Position numbers and translations under genes: made by a program
Assembly (NCBI RefSeq): GCF_018977255.1
Contig: NW_024704743.1
Location: 57,352,001 to 57,416,000 of the forward strand
DNA length: 64,000 bases
Reading direction: 5' to 3'
Origin: Callorhinchus milii
Taxonomy: Eukaryota
The notes under the pieces: generated by a model
Seen by the model: the letters and a program-made list of their open reading frames with translations, nothing else
Database searches by the model: none
Told to the model about the DNA's origin: nothing
Shown here: piece by piece, positions 27,942-42,884 of the stretch
Position numbering within the stretch: position 1 is the stretch's first letter
Layout: every line of letters starts with the position of its first letter

Positions 27942-28085
27942 GTACTGACTGTCACCAGGATGTGGACGAGTGTGAAATTGGTGCTTGTTTCCCAGGAGTC
28001 ACTTGCTACAATACATTTGGCACCTACAGGTGTGGTGTATGCCCCCCAGGATTGCAAGGAGATGGCAATGTTTGTGAAGCAAAAG
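27942..28085 (+). CDS. vwde: VWDE exon, calcium-binding-type EGF (DVDEC...CYNTFGTYRC)
   Basis: tttacag acceptor, gtaat donor; D-x-D-E-C and C-x-N-x4-Y-x-C motifs; phase 1 to 1. Confidence 0.92.
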
Positions 28086-30014
28086 GTAATATACTGTTTT
28101 AAATTTGCGCTGCCTTTCACATTAACCATCATGCACTGATCTCTAAATATTTTCTGTTACACAACTACAGCAGTTATGACTCATAGAATCAAATAAAGCA
28201 GAAGGCGAATTGACCCCTTGTGTTTGCACTGACCCTTCGAGAGAGCAACTCATTCAATCCCATTTACTTGCCTTTTCCCCGTAGCCACGCCAATCACTCC
28301 TCCGTAGACCAAACCGGAAACATAACCAGAAGGATATTGTAGCATTAGAGATGTTACCAGGGCTGTGGTTTGTTACCAGGGCTGAGTGGATACAGCTATC
28401 AAGAAAAATTGGATAGTTTGGAGTTTTTCTATCTGGCGATTGAGAGGGGATGTGGTAGAATCGTTTAAAATTATACAGTGGATATTAATAGGTTGTTTCC
28501 ATTTCTTGGTGAGCCTAAGCAACCATTAATAGAAGACGGCCAATTGAAGATCTGTAATTAGTAAATGAGGATTTTGAGAATATAGAACTGACTGCTCAAA
28601 GCTGTGGCTGATGTAAAAAGCATCAACAACAAGATTTCATTTATAGAGCGCCTATCACATCGGGAGGACGTCCCAAGGCGCTGGACAGTTGGGTCAGGAC
28701 AGATTTAAGAGGAAATGATGCATACGTAAGGAGGAAGGGAATAGAGGAGTTTAAGTGGGAGTGTTAGGAGACTCATGTGAAGTATAAACACCCATTCATT
28801 TGGACCAAATGGCGTATTTCCGTGCTATAACATTCTATGTAATTTCAGATAAACCCAGACTTCAATGATACCATATCAGTATCTAAATCTTCAGTTATTA
28901 GTGCTGAAGATTTTTTCAAATAGTAATCATTTATAGATTAATTGTAAAACTCCAGAATTCCAGAAAAAAACTTTATAAATCACTTTTGAAATTAATTATT
29001 GCAAATACTTTATTTCCTGTTAGATAATTTTATTGACTTGAATAGCATGAAGGAAAAACAAAGTCTTGTTTACATCTATTTAACTTAGTTTTATTGAAGT
29101 CTGTAAAATAATCACTCTGCTGCCTTTTCGTAGTGTTGCATATACATGAAAGAGTATGTTTAATGCAATCACAACCTTTTTAAAAGTTACAAAATCCAAC
29201 TCAGGAGAGGGTATAGTTACTTTATACAGGATAGTTACTTTATGCAGAGCTTGGTAAATGTGTGGAATGGTCAACCCAGGGAGGTGGTGGAGACAGACTG
29301 TGTCAATGCATTCAATAATAATAATCCTTGCAGGTGATGAAGTGCCTATTACTTTGAAAACAACTTAAAGTACTTCATATAGTTTCCTTAAAGTGCAGTA
29401 ACTGTTTTTAGGTGAATTCAAAAGGGAATTTGATGCCTACAGGTGAGTCCTTTATAGCCCCCTTCACTGTAACACTAACTCTGAACCCATTCTAACTAGA
29501 AGTGCGGTCCACATGGCTTCCAGCACTGACTAATTGGCTTCCAGCACTAAAGTGACTGACTTCCAAGTCATAAGACCACTGATGTCATGTTCTGCACTTT
29601 GAGCACATGCACACTAAAGCCTGGAAACATTGCTGAAGTAACTTCCTGCGTGCTGCCCAGGAAATGCTGCTCAGATCAAGTGATGTCAGCAGCACACCAG
29701 ACCTAATATTAGGGGCAATCTGAAATGTGTCCATTTTTTAGTGCTTACCTTTAATTATAAGGCTGAGCTATTGAGCCAAGCCCACCTTGCTATAACAAGT
29801 TGCCACAATATTTGGTGGAGAAATTAAATGAGCGATGTGAGAGATATTTAAGTGAGGCTTATTTTCTGTAGGATTTTTAAGTCCAAAACATTCTTATGCT
29901 CCTGTAAAAAGACAGTAAAGTGTGCCACTCGTTGGCTGTGTCAGTAAAGCTCATAGTTCATGCACTATCTATTACAATAACTCTAATGACCATTGATCTT
30001 GGTCTTGCATTTAG

Positions 30015-30233
30015 CTGAAGGTAAGACTACAGCAGTAGGTCTGCCAACCAGGGTGATTCCTGAGGTCTTCAATGAGGATTATAATTCTCAGAATGAAGAG
30101 CAGGAGGAAGATGCATACAAGACAGAAGAGGAAGATGGTGAAGATTATATTAGTGAAGTGAATGACATTACGGAATCAGTGAAGCTGACAAATGAAGATA
30201 GATGGGGTTTGTTCATCCCCAGCTCTAGCTCTT
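30015..30233 (+). CDS. vwde: Probable VWDE exon, acidic low-complexity linker (EEQEEDAYKTEEEDGED)
   Basis: tttag acceptor, gtaagt donor; 219 bp open, symmetric phase 1-1 compatible with neighbours; no recognisable domain. Confidence 0.7.
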
Positions 30234-30672
30234 GTAAGTAATAATCAGGATTCTGTTTATTTATGGAAAGAAATGTCAGGATGTGAACATCACCTGTGAT
30301 AATTATCAAGGAGTATACAATTTGTGCTAAATTTTATCAAGCAACTTATGACTGGTTTGGGCCAGACTCTCTCTCCCCTTCCCCCCACCCCGCAGACCCA
30401 ACACAAAGGACACAGTCCCGATTGAACACTTTATATCAGCTTTTTAACAATCCAAAAAAGGAAACAGACTGAATTGAGTCCATTTGTCAAACTTCTGCAG
30501 CTACAATCTGCCTCTAGAATATCAGTTTTGAACAGGGAAGAAGGAGGGAGCGTCAAGGATAGAGGTGGGGTTTGAGTTGCGAGGCCACACTAAACAGTGG
30601 ATGAGTGACTGCAGTCTAACATGAGTTGAGAAATGGCAACAAGTTAGCGATGTTTCATCATATTTGTGGCAT

Positions 30673-30905
30673 TTCCTGACATTTCCTTACTCCACATGCC
30701 TGATAATAATCCCTCAAAAAAAACAATAATAAATTGGTCATTTCAATCCACGACTGTTTGTGGGACACTGGCTGCGCAACTGGCTGCCGCATTTCACCTA
30801 CAAATATACAGTCAATTCACTTTACGGTCTATTCTGTGAAGCGCTTTGAGACATCTAGAAGACGTGAAAAGCGCTATATCAAATGCAAGGATTATTATTA
30901 TTATT
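30673..30905 (+). mobile_element. tRNA-Ala-headed SINE family, 5'-truncated
   Basis: Matches the body and tail of the 31037 and 60401 copies. Confidence 0.85.
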
Positions 30906-31036
30906 ACACATTAGGAAATGCCACAAACTTGTTCAATATCTTTCTATTTTCGCGCACACATAGGAATACAACCCTTTGCACGTTGCCACATAATGTTGCT
31001 GCTTGAGGGTGTTAACCTGTGGCACACGTGTTACCT

Positions 31037-31351
31037 GTGGAGTCCTGTAGCTCAGTGGTTAGAGCACTCGCTTTGCAAGCGAGAGACCTGAGTTCAATTC
31101 CAGGCAGAGGGCGAAACCTTGGGCAAGTTTCCTAACTCCACACACCTAATAATAATCCCTCCAAAACCAAACAATAATAAATTGATCATTTTCAATCCAT
31201 GACTGTTTGTGGGACATTGCTGTGTGCAATTAGCTGCCGCGTTCGCCCACAAATATACAGTCAATTCACTTTACAGTATATTCTGTGAAGTGCTTTGGGA
31301 CGTCTAGAAGATGTGAAAAGAGCTATATCAAATGCAAGGATTATTATTATT
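31037..31351 (+). mobile_element. Full-length tRNA-Ala(TGC)-derived SINE
   Basis: gtagctcagtggttagagc A box, ctcgc-tttgcaa-gcgag arm, gagttcaattcc B box, (tta)n tail. Confidence 0.9.
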
Positions 31352-32409
31352 TTTAAATATGTTTAGATTGATTTGCGATTTGGAATCTTCCTTTCAGGTG
31401 TAAAAGGGTGGAAAAATAGAAATTCACAATGAGAAACTGCAGACCATCCAAAATTCTGCTCCCCCGCACCAGTTTCCACAAGCCTATTACTATCACAGAG
31501 TACCTACATCTCTCCTCCTCCGACCTCTATTTTAAAGCCCACTTTAAAACCTACCATTTTGATCAACTTTCAGTCACCTAACTGCTCCCCGGCTCGGGCT
31601 CCCAGTTAGCTTTGAGACATCCTCCCGATGTGAAAGGCCCTATATTAACATTTTTTGTTATAATTATCACAGCTCACACTGCATTTTTCACTCTAGAGTC
31701 TGCAATTTTCACGGTTGCAATCACCTAAATATTAACTGTTAATTATCATTGAATTGAAATACCCTGTTCTTGTACTCATTTAATAATTAAAAGCAGTATA
31801 TCTAATGACCTGCGGGCTGTAAGCTCTCTCTGTAGTGTTATTCTCCATGGCTTTTGCACAGAGAATAGATAGTACAAGAAGTTGTAAAATTGAATGCATT
31901 ACAAAAAGCAATTAATTACCAATCTTGCATAACTATGACAGAGAGCCACATGGGAATGTCACTACAGTCAATTAACACTAGTTATAATAATTGAATAGCC
32001 CTACTAGTTACAGATCATCCCAAACTCTGAAGCATTTCCTTTCCTGTGCAAGGTTCTGCAAGGCCATCACCCCCATTCTCATGAACCTACACTTCATTAC
32101 GCAGCGGATTGACTTAATAATATAATAATCCTTGCATTTGGCCATGAATTTGGTAGACCAACGGTTAGCAAAGGAGCTTACTAATGGCAATTCTACAAGA
32201 TCAATATTTACAGTCCTGAATTTGAAATTAGTAAGCTTCATTTATTTAAAAAAAATTTACTTTGGTTTGCCAATAGTAATTGCTCCCATATTGAAGTTTC
32301 AGTCGATATCGTGCAGCCTTGTGCAACTCTCATCCTCTTCATTTCAGATATTTGTCCTCAGGGCTTTTAATGGTTAAGCTAATTGTAATGTTCTTGTTTC
32401 TCTCCTCAG

Positions 32410-32568
32410 TTCACACTCCTTCCTTCAGAATCGGTTGTGCCAGCAAGCCTTGTTTTGCTGGAGTGCAGTGTTTTGAACCCAAACTGCCAGAGGTGGATTT
32501 TATGTGTGGCCGATGTCCCCAAGGATTTTCTGGAAATGGGCACACATGTACCAGAGTTATTCTGTCTG
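32410..32568 (+). CDS. vwde: VWDE exon, EGF-like (CASKPCFAGVQC...CGRCPQGFSGNGHTC)
   Basis: ctcctcag acceptor, gtaaga donor; 159 bp, phase 1-1. Confidence 0.9.
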
Positions 32569-32687
32569 GTAAGATTATTTCCGAAAGAGATAACGTGACT
32601 AATGGCATAAGTATCAGCTATTTATTAATACTCATTTAGTCAGAATGATTTCCTGTTATTTCTTATTGCTACTAATAATGATGTGAT

Positions 32688-33120
32688 AGTCTGGCTTAGC
32701 TGATATCACTCTCACTCAGTCAAACACATGTGGGTTCAAGGCCCACATCAGGATTTTGAGTTCCCAGTCCAAGCTGACATTCCAATACAGTGTTAGGTGT
32801 GCTGCATTGTTGTAAGTGCCTTACTTCAGATGAGACATTAAACCGAGGTGATATCTGCCTGTTCAGGTGAATTTTAAAGATGCCATGGCACTCCTCAAAG
32901 AGAGGAGTGAGTTTCTCCCGGCATCCTGGCCAATAATCCACTAAATAAAATCGGGCATTCACTGTGTGGCTGTTTATGGAACACTACTATTGACTGCTGT
33001 ATTTGCCTACAATATACAGTCACTATAATTTGCAGTAAAGTGTTTCCTGTTATGCACTTCGAGACATCCTTCTGATGTGAAAGATGCCATATCAAAAGTA
33101 AGGATTATTATTTATTATTT
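32688..33120 (+). mobile_element. Deu-domain-type SINE
   Basis: Collinear with the 9100 copy. Confidence 0.75.
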
Positions 33121-33559
33121 TTACTAGTTGCTGAGTCATTAATTTTTCTTCTGCCAATATTTTGTCCTCACATCCTCACCTGGAGGCACTTTACTGTTCT
33201 TTCTACAGGGGTTGAGATTCTTTTGGTGATGAGCATCCTTACCTTGCCCCAGTAAACATCATTTATATGGGAAAAGTCACAAAAAGCATCAGCAGGCTAT
33301 TCAACATCATAGCTTAGCTCAATTCTGTTCTCAACTGATGAGCTTCCATTAATAAATGTTGGCCCTATCAGTGCTGCCCACATCTCAAGATGAGTAATAA
33401 AAAGAGCACATGCTTAGCAAAGGTTACCAAATACAGCTCAGAGCAGGAACAGGAGAAAAAGGCAACTCTGGTACAGGCTATACAACCCCTGAGAAAATGT
33501 TGCTGCTGTGTGTCAAATCCCTCCAGTGTTTTTAGGATAATCTCGCTTCTCACAAGGTT

Positions 33560-34190
33560 AGTTGAGAAGGCTCTTCAGCCCATCCAATCATATCCCTCCA
33601 GAACACACACTCTATCGCCCTCCTATTACAGCATCAACTTGCTTTTGAATGAGTCCAGGGTCCAACCACACTTCCTGGCAACCTGTTCCAGTTGTTTACA
33701 ACCCTCTGAGTAAAGAAAAACTTCCTTGTATCAATAATAATATTATCATATCTGTCCTGAAGTTGTCCCTTATTACTCTTAATCTATGTCCTCTTGTTCT
33801 AGTGTCTTGTATCCTGAAGTATTGTTCTGGGTTTACTTTTTAAATCCCATTTACAATTTTATACACCTCTATGAGATCCATATGAGTAATTTTCGGTCAG
33901 GGTTGAAGAGCTTGTCTAATCGTTGCTTGTAGCTCATTCCTCCATCAATGGGGATCATCTTTGTTGCTCTCCTCTGCATAGCCTCCTTATTTCGCAGTGA
34001 CCAGAACTGTATTTAATATTCAAGGTGCAATCTAACCAGAGCACTGTAAAGCTTGAGGAACTCAACTGATTTAGTAATATAACCCAGCATCCTGCTTGCC
34101 TTCTTTATCGCTGCCCCAAACTGTTTTGACATAGTCTCAAATCTCTCAGCTTTTCCCTTGATAAGTTCTCTCCCATCCATGGAGCACATA
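33560..34190 (-). mobile_element. CR1-clade LINE fragment
   Basis: Antisense CR1-like ORF2 end (gaccagaactgtatttaatattcaag). Confidence 0.65.
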
Positions 34191-35167
34191 TGTTTGCTCT
34201 TCTGGTCACAATATGATGTCCGCCGGATTGAATGTAGAATGGTACAAGATCATTTTGCTGAACTTTAGCCTTGCTAAGTGCTCAAAGGTGTTAGAATATA
34301 ATAATACATTGGTCTCAAACCTCAGATGCAGTCGTGCACATGCTCTTCAGCTAATGGCCAGAGGAGGGCAGCTTCAGACAGTAAAGTGATTTTTTTCATG
34401 AAAACCACTTTCTACCCAAAACAGCTATTCTGGGTAATTTCATGACATTATTTGGCACCTAAATTCTCCAAGGAGTAGATGAGCAGATGCCTCCATCTAG
34501 GGTGAGAGTGTGCGCTCCGTATTAAACAAATAATACATATACATAACTCCCAGCAGTCTAGTTCAGTTAGCCAGTCGACTGCTGGCTAGTCCATCACAGG
34601 TTTTTGCACAAAATATTGAGAGGAAGTCCTGCTAACTGGTAGTCAAAAGCAATGATCCAAGAGCTTCAAATCAAATCCAAACAATCAAATGTTCCATCTG
34701 GCTTTACAGATAATAATATTCCTAGCATTTGATAGGGCACCTTTAACATTAGGAAGACATAATCTCAGAGCATTACAGATTTACTATAACATGTAGTGAC
34801 TGTATTTTGAAGGCAAAAACAGCAATCAATTTGCATATAGCAATGTCTCACAAATAGCCATGAAGTCAATGACTAATTTTATCTGAAACATTGTTGGCCA
34901 AGACATCAGGAGAAACTCTGTTCCTTTCTCTTTTCAAATCATGCCATAGGATCTTTAATGTTCACCTGGATAGGCAAACAGGGATGCTGGCAGGGAGAGC
35001 AGTGTCAAAGCATTCATATCCAGCATATCTGTGTACATTCCCATCCACACATGGTGAATTTGCACATTTAAAGTATATGTTGAGACTCCCATTATTTATC
35101 AGAATGTTTTGTTTACCTGAAATGTTCAAGTTCAAATTAACCCCTGATGTTTTGTGATATTCTGTAG

Positions 35168-35719
35168 GTGGTCCACAACCTGAGGTAGACAGACCAAAGG
35201 GAAGAGTCAGCACTGCAGCTACTGTAGCATCCATGACAAAAGCAATCCAGAAACCACACCTTCCTCAATGGACCTCAGTACACCAGCCAAACAACAACAG
35301 ATCCATAGGCCAACAACCTATCCTGCATATCAGGCCACTTGTACCAGGGAGGACTCGAACTGAACAGAACAGAGTTGTTACATCCCCAGAAAATCAAAAG
35401 GATGCAAGAGTGAGTAACACAGATGGAATAGCAAGAGATAACGGAGCAAGTTTTAGCAACACCAGGGAAAGAGGCTTTCCGAAAAAACATGATCCATCAA
35501 TGACACATAGGAAACCCTCAGCAAATTCACATTCTTCCACTATCCCAGAACCTTCATGGAGCTCTGACACAGAAGATGAATTGACACATGAACCAAAGAT
35601 AGTTACCTGTGCTGACTCACCTTGTTTCTCAGGAGTTTTTTGTGAGCCAACTGAACACGGAGGCTTCAAGTGTGGACGATGTCCTTTTGGCTATTTTGGT
35701 GATGGAGTCACATGCAAAG
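35168..35719 (+). CDS. vwde: VWDE exon, S/T/P/R-rich linker plus EGF (CADSPCFSGVFC...GDGVTCK)
   Basis: ctgtag acceptor, gtatt donor; 552 bp open, phase 1-1. Confidence 0.88.
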
Positions 35720-36496
35720 GTATTATTGCTACCGCTGACAGAACAAACTTAACAATCTACTGCTTACATATTTGGTGAAAATCTAAGAGAGGAAACCACA
35801 CTCAGCAGAGATTAATTATGTAACGAAACAGTTTTTTTATTAAAAAGAAAGTCTGCTTTGATGTCAAATGCATTTATTATCATGTACTATTTATTATTAT
35901 TTGTGACCACAGTTACTGATGCTGTAAATTTGTTTAACTTAATCTTTCCTTAGGATTTGAGTGGGTAAAGATGGGAGTTTGTAATTCATTCTATCAGATT
36001 TTATTACTGTGAAGAGTGCATAGTTCTCAACAACATTGCAGTCATTATGTCAAACTAGCAGAAGTATATGGATCAATTAATTCAAAGATTAGTACAGTTA
36101 TAAATTAGATATAAAGTTCTCTCTAGTCAACCGCCAAAATGCAACCTACCAGCAACCACAAAAGCACTGCATATGTACCAGTGCCTTTTCCCATTTTCCA
36201 CACTAGCTGTGCTTGTTCTCTCTGGGTGAGTTTACCAAATTTAAGGCTAGCTATTGCTAAGCTTGGGCAGTTTTTTGCTGTGGACTTGCACCCATTAGGA
36301 TCTGGCTTGAGGATGCAAACACAATTCATGTAGGACCTGTGCAACCGTCAGAGCAAGATTTGAACACAGGTGATAGTGTTAAGTGTGGTTACTTAACTAT
36401 GCCTTCCTATCTGGTGTATACTGTTGGATAATTCTCTGCCCAGCAGTAACCAGGTTTGTGTAAGGTCAGTAAAATTATGGCGAATTATGTTTCTAA

Positions 36497-36670
<174 letters not shown>

Positions 36671-37583
36671 TAAGCAGTGAGCATTTGGTGATGTGAACCA
36701 ATGTTTTAGGATTACTTGTGGTTGAGAACTGACTTTTCGAATTAGTGAATAATTTTGCTAAACCCTTTATTGAATTACATCTGCCCCACCCATCCCTCGT
36801 TTAGGAGCATCAGACAGACGGAAAGTATGTTGAATGATCAAAAGCGGTAAGATAGCAGCAAAGATATAAATATATTCCATCTTCATTCTCATGAGGTGCT
36901 GTATAGAAATGTAAAGCACTTTGAGCCGATGGCCTACATGAAAGGTCCTATATAGTGGAATAATGACGGAGCTTTGGTGAAACTATTGAGAAATTTGTAA
37001 ACAACCGAAAAACACTAAGCTTTTGGAAAGCTCTTGTTCCACAGCCTTTTTCCCATATATATTAATATGCTTAATTCCCAAGTATTGATTTAGAGCACTT
37101 TTAAATACCCGCAATTAATTCTGTATCTGCAGCTTCTGGACATGATTTAATTCCACATCCTCACAGCTTTTTTTAATGAAGGAATGTTTCTAAATTCACT
37201 TTTGACCAGTTGAGCTCCAGTTCCAAGATTACACCATCTTGTGTTGTTCACCCTCCGGCAAAAATGGGGTGCAAAGCGATGCAACTCGTCTACCTTGTTA
37301 ATTCCCTTTATCACTATAAATCCTCAATCAGATCACCTCTTATCCTCCTCATTTATAGGGAATATAACCAATCACCATAGATAAGTCCCTTCACCGAACA
37401 TGGCATCTTGGTGAATATTGCTGGACAGTCACCAAAGCCATTGTTTCCTTCTTGAGGTGAGACACCCAACACTAAGCACAGTGCTCCAGATGAGTTCTGA
37501 TCAGTGTTCTGTATATTTCCAGCAGTGCTTCCTTTGAGCTTTTAGGCCATACATTTTGTGATTTAATTTTGATATTTTGCTAA

Positions 37584-37775
<192 letters not shown>

Positions 37776-38195
37776 TAAACATTTAATTACCTGAGTTTAG
37801 CTGATTCAAATTCTACCAAGCAGGAGCTTTTTGAGAATTAAGGATCAATTATTGATTCTCTATCCCCCAGCAGATCGAATTCAAGATCCTTTTTATTACC
37901 TTCAAATCCCTCAATGCTCTCACCCTGTTTACCTCCACGACTTGCTTCAACCCTACCAACCCGGCTGCTCAATTCATTTAGCAAACCCCAGCCTATCCTC
38001 CCACCATTGGTGACCAGGCCTTCAGCCATTCTGTCCCCATTCTCTGGAACATCATCCTAGAATCCCCCTGATTTGCCCAGATAAAATTGCCTGTTCACTT
38101 CAAGGGTATTTGTGGGACATTGCTGTAAATTGGCGTCACTCTCAGCTACAAATACAGTCACTACACTTCATAATAAATCCTGTGAAATGCTTTGA

Positions 38196-38480
<285 letters not shown>

Positions 38481-39878
38481 TAATGCGTGAAACATTCAAA
38501 TGATTTATTATAATACACACATGGTGGCAACTATCTGCGTAAATTTATGGGTGAGCAAGACTGATTTTCTGATTAGTGTGAGACAAGTTCCCTTTTAAAA
38601 GGTCAGTACATTCTCTGACCAGTAGGCAATAAGATATATGTGTCTTTAGGATTTGTATATTTTCCACAGAGAATTACCCACATCACGTTTTCATGGAGGA
38701 AACACAAGCCAGTAAATTGTGGGTTTGCTCATGTATGAGATAAAACTCCACTTGGGTTTAGATTTACTCTATTCCTGTAACATTTTAGAGTGCCCAGAGT
38801 TTGGTAATTCTTAAATATAGCCTTAATTTTCAAGCTGGTTCTCTTTTTTAAAAAAATTACGGAAACCTAATTTGAAGGTTAAGACTGAATCAACACTTTG
38901 CCAAACATTTTGGAAGCTCAAAAATGCTTCATTAATAGGAGTAAATCTCGACACAGGGGGAATTACTCCCATTGATTTCCTGATATAACCTTCTGAAAGA
39001 GAGCCACTGAACACAGTGAGGTCAGTCCTCACAGACGGAAGGGAAAATGGAGACTGAATCAACACATGATTGAGTTGATTCATCAACAAATGTTGTGCGC
39101 AATTGTTTTTTTCCACAAAACACACAGTCACTACACTTTACAGTGTATCCTTTGAAGCACTTTGAGACGTATTAAAGACTTGATAAGGTGCAATATCAAA
39201 TGAAAGTATTATTATTATGACATGGCCACAACATATACGGTCACTACACGTTACAGTATATCCTGTGAGATGCTTTGAGATGTCCTCCTGAAGTGAAAGA
39301 CATTACATCAAATCCAAGGATTAATTTTTAATCTCCAAACCCATTCCTACCCTTGGAAATTGACTGCATCAATCAATGTACTTGTAAGAGTTCAATTAAA
39401 CAGTAATGTGAGCATATCTATGCCAAATTGTTCTTTTGTATGAATTGTTGTCAATCCGGATTTAACCTCCATTAGATATAAATACATGTAGAGGTTTTTT
39501 TGAGCAAAATAAATGAGATCCAAACTTTGTTTTAAAATAAATAATCTGTCAATATATGAAATGCAAAACCAGGTAAGAATGCCTGCTGTAATATTAACTG
39601 TTAACTTAATTTGTCTTTAAATCTCAACTAAAACCATACCTCTTTCTCCCGCTCCCACACATCTTTTGCTGGGCATCCAACCGTGTATTTCTGAAGCACT
39701 CCCAAGTTATTATCCTATGCCATATACCGTAAATGCAACTTATTGTTGAAACCCCATCTGATCAATGTTACAAGTGAAACAAAACAAGACAGTGAAGCTG
39801 CACATTTGATTTATTGCCACTCTGGGACACTACCAAAGTGCTCTGAGGCACTACCTTGCGTGAGGGGGCGCTATATAA

Positions 39879-40037
<159 letters not shown>

Positions 40038-40523
40038 TAGGATTTTTCTTATTCATAAAATCCCACATCAAAACATCAGACTCAATTGTTCTGTTTTCTT
40101 GTCAAGTCTCTCTTTTCTTTAAACATCCCCATGTAGTTTGTGATTTACTGAAAGCTGCCTCCAGAACGGACTGGAGATCGATGAATTCAAAACCAAGATA
40201 ACACCCACCGCACCTGTTTCCCTGATGAAAATAATGATATCATTGATAATAATGATCATATGAGCCAACAATGAGATGTAAAGTAGTCAATAGCCACTAT
40301 CAGGCTTGGGAGTGAACTTTCCCCTCCCTTTTCATCCTGACCTTCCTCCCATCTTACCCACCCATCTTCCCCATTTGACTTTTCCACAACTATCACTGGA
40401 GATATTATTACGTGCCAAGATTTGGACGCCACTTTGTGGAACCAACTACAGATAGATATTAATTTTCAAGAGTATTTACTTTATTTGAAAATGATAAATA
40501 TAATTTATTTCCATAAAGCAATA

Positions 40524-40618
40524 ATTTACCTCCATACCCCTGTAGTGCTCTGCAATAGGCCCTGTGAAAAACAAGGAGAATGAGTCTCTCCAGATGTCTG
40601 TAAGTGCAGATCTGGCAA
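40524..40618 (+). pseudogene. Degenerate partial duplicate of the preceding EGF exon and its acceptor (pseudo-exon 40546..40618)
   Basis: 40524-40616 matches 39915-40007 at 85 of 93 nt without gaps; Cys TGT has become TGA at 40581. Confidence 0.9.
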
Positions 40619-40659
40619 GTAAGGCTTTCTTTCACTAAGGCTTGTATAAACATTGCATT

Positions 40660-41920
40660 CCCTGCCAAAGTCCTGGAACGCATTGTTGCAGGTCAACTTC
40701 GGTCACACCTCACCCTCCACTCCCGCCTCAAGCACCTGCAGTCTGGTTTTTGCCCTGCCCACAGCACCGAGACAGCGCTTATCAAAGTCACAAACAACAT
40801 TCTCGCTATCTGTGACCAGGCCTCCCTCTGCCTCCTCGGCCTCCTGGATTGCTCTGCTGTGCTTAACACAGTTGACCATGCCATCCTCCTTCATCAGCTC
40901 TCCTCCCTCATCTACCTTAGCGAGACCGCACTAGCATGGTTCAAGTCCTACTTAACCAACTGCCCCCATTTAATCTCTGCAAATGGTTTCTCCTCCCGCC
41001 CCTGTCCAGTCACATGCGGGGTACCCCAGGGCTCCATCCTTGGCCCTCTTCGTTTCCTTATCTATATGCTCGCTCTGGGCGATGTCATCTGCAGACACGG
41101 GGTAAATTTCCATTTATATACAGATGACACAGAAAGCTACTTTGCCTTCTCCAGTACCAAGTCCGCCAATATCCTATCAGCTTGTCTGGCAGAGATCAAG
41201 GCCTGGATGAGTGTACACTTCCTGCAGCTGAATATGGACAAGACGGAAGCCCTACTCCTTGGCTCCCATCAATGTCTTCACTCCTGCGGATCTAAACTCC
41301 TCAATTTCCCCTGGGCTCTCCCTCAGACTCAGTGAACCAGTGCGCAATCCAGGCGTCCAGTTCAACCCCCAATGGTCCTTCCTCCCCCACATCCGATCAC
41401 TGATCAAAACCGCTTTCTTCCACCTCCGCCACATTGCCCGCCTCCGACCGTACCTTACCCCAAATGCACCCGAAACTCTCGTGCACCCGTTTGTCACCTC
41501 CCGTTTGGATTACTCCAACACACTTCTCGCCGGTCTCCCCAGCTCCACCATTCACAAGATTCAGCTCATTCAAAACTCTGCTGCCACATACTGACCCAGA
41601 CTAAACTCCGTACCCTCATCTCACCAGTTCTGGCCAGGCTCCACTGGCTCCCTGTCACCAAACAGATTGACTTCCAGATCCTCACATCCATTCATTCCCT
41701 GGCACCTTCCTCCCTCTCCAACCTTCTCACTCCCCAATCCAGCATCTGGCACCTCCGCTCGACTGGCACTGGCCTCCTGCTCGTCCCTCGCACCCTGCGC
41801 CCAACCATCAGAGATCGTGCTTTCAGCCACTACCCCCCCAAAATTCTGGAACACTCTTCCTCCATCCCACCACCTTGCACTGTATCTCCCCTCTTTCTAT
41901 ATAAGTGCAAGTTGTTGTTG
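40660..41920 (+). mobile_element. L2-clade LINE RT fragment
   Basis: KVLERIV...QSGF...STETAL...GVPQGSILGP...YTDDT; frameshifted; (ttg)n tail. Confidence 0.9.
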
Positions 41921-42083
41921 TATTCCTTCTTCTTTCTTCCCACCCTTCAAACCCTTCTTCTTTCTTCCCACCCTTCAAACCTTAGCTAAACTATGTGTCC
42001 ATCCATTTTTCAAGTTGCTTTCAAATCATCTGCATATGTTCTTACTGCTCAGATTTTTCATTCTATCATTTTCTTGTGTCTGA

Positions 42084-42212
<129 letters not shown>

Positions 42213-42884
42213 TAACTGAAGCCAAGTTGCCAAGAACACAAAAATGTTTGTGATACAAAACATCTAAAAATTAACAGCTATAAGGACAGTTACGTATACA
42301 TTAGTTCTCATAACTAAACTCTGAGGGCATCCCACCATGCTACCTGAATCTAGATTTATTCAATTAACGTAGCACTTTGGAGAATCCAGAAATGGCAAAT
42401 TCTTAACTTCAGGCTTCATTTCTGTAAATTCTTGTATGAACAATAAAAGGCCAATTTCAAAGATAAGACTGAATTTAACAATTTGATATTCTTGAACGAT
42501 CATCAGAAAAAGCATCTTGCAATATAGACTCCATTTTCAGTATAGAATCTCCTGTATGTCTTGCCGACTTGCAAGTAAGTCCTTGGCTCTGACTCTTCAA
42601 GATGATCTTGCAGGCAAAGTGTCAGCAGTGGCATGAGGCGTTACTTGTAGAGATTTCCCTGCTGAAAGCTGAGCATTTTTAACCTTGTAATAATTACATA
42701 AAACAAAGATATAAGTTGTTTCACAAAATGTGTGGGTCATTACTTTATTGTACCCACTTCACCAATAAATCCAGTTATTGATTCATCTCCTGAAATAACA
42801 AAACCCTCGATAGACATTGTTTTAGTCAGATTGTTGGCCTGCACACCAGCAAAAACTAATTTCTCTTTTCGAATAAAGCACACG

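Noticed and set aside
31037..31112. tRNA-Ala(TGC) genes (also at about 60405 and 44165)
   Set aside because: T arm and acceptor stem are imperfect, and each runs directly into a shared SINE body and tail.
40604..41989. Functional reverse transcriptase ORFs (also near 13000, 27400 and 62500)
   Set aside because: All are 5'-truncated and frameshifted, several with damaged YADD motifs; they are dead L2 fragments.
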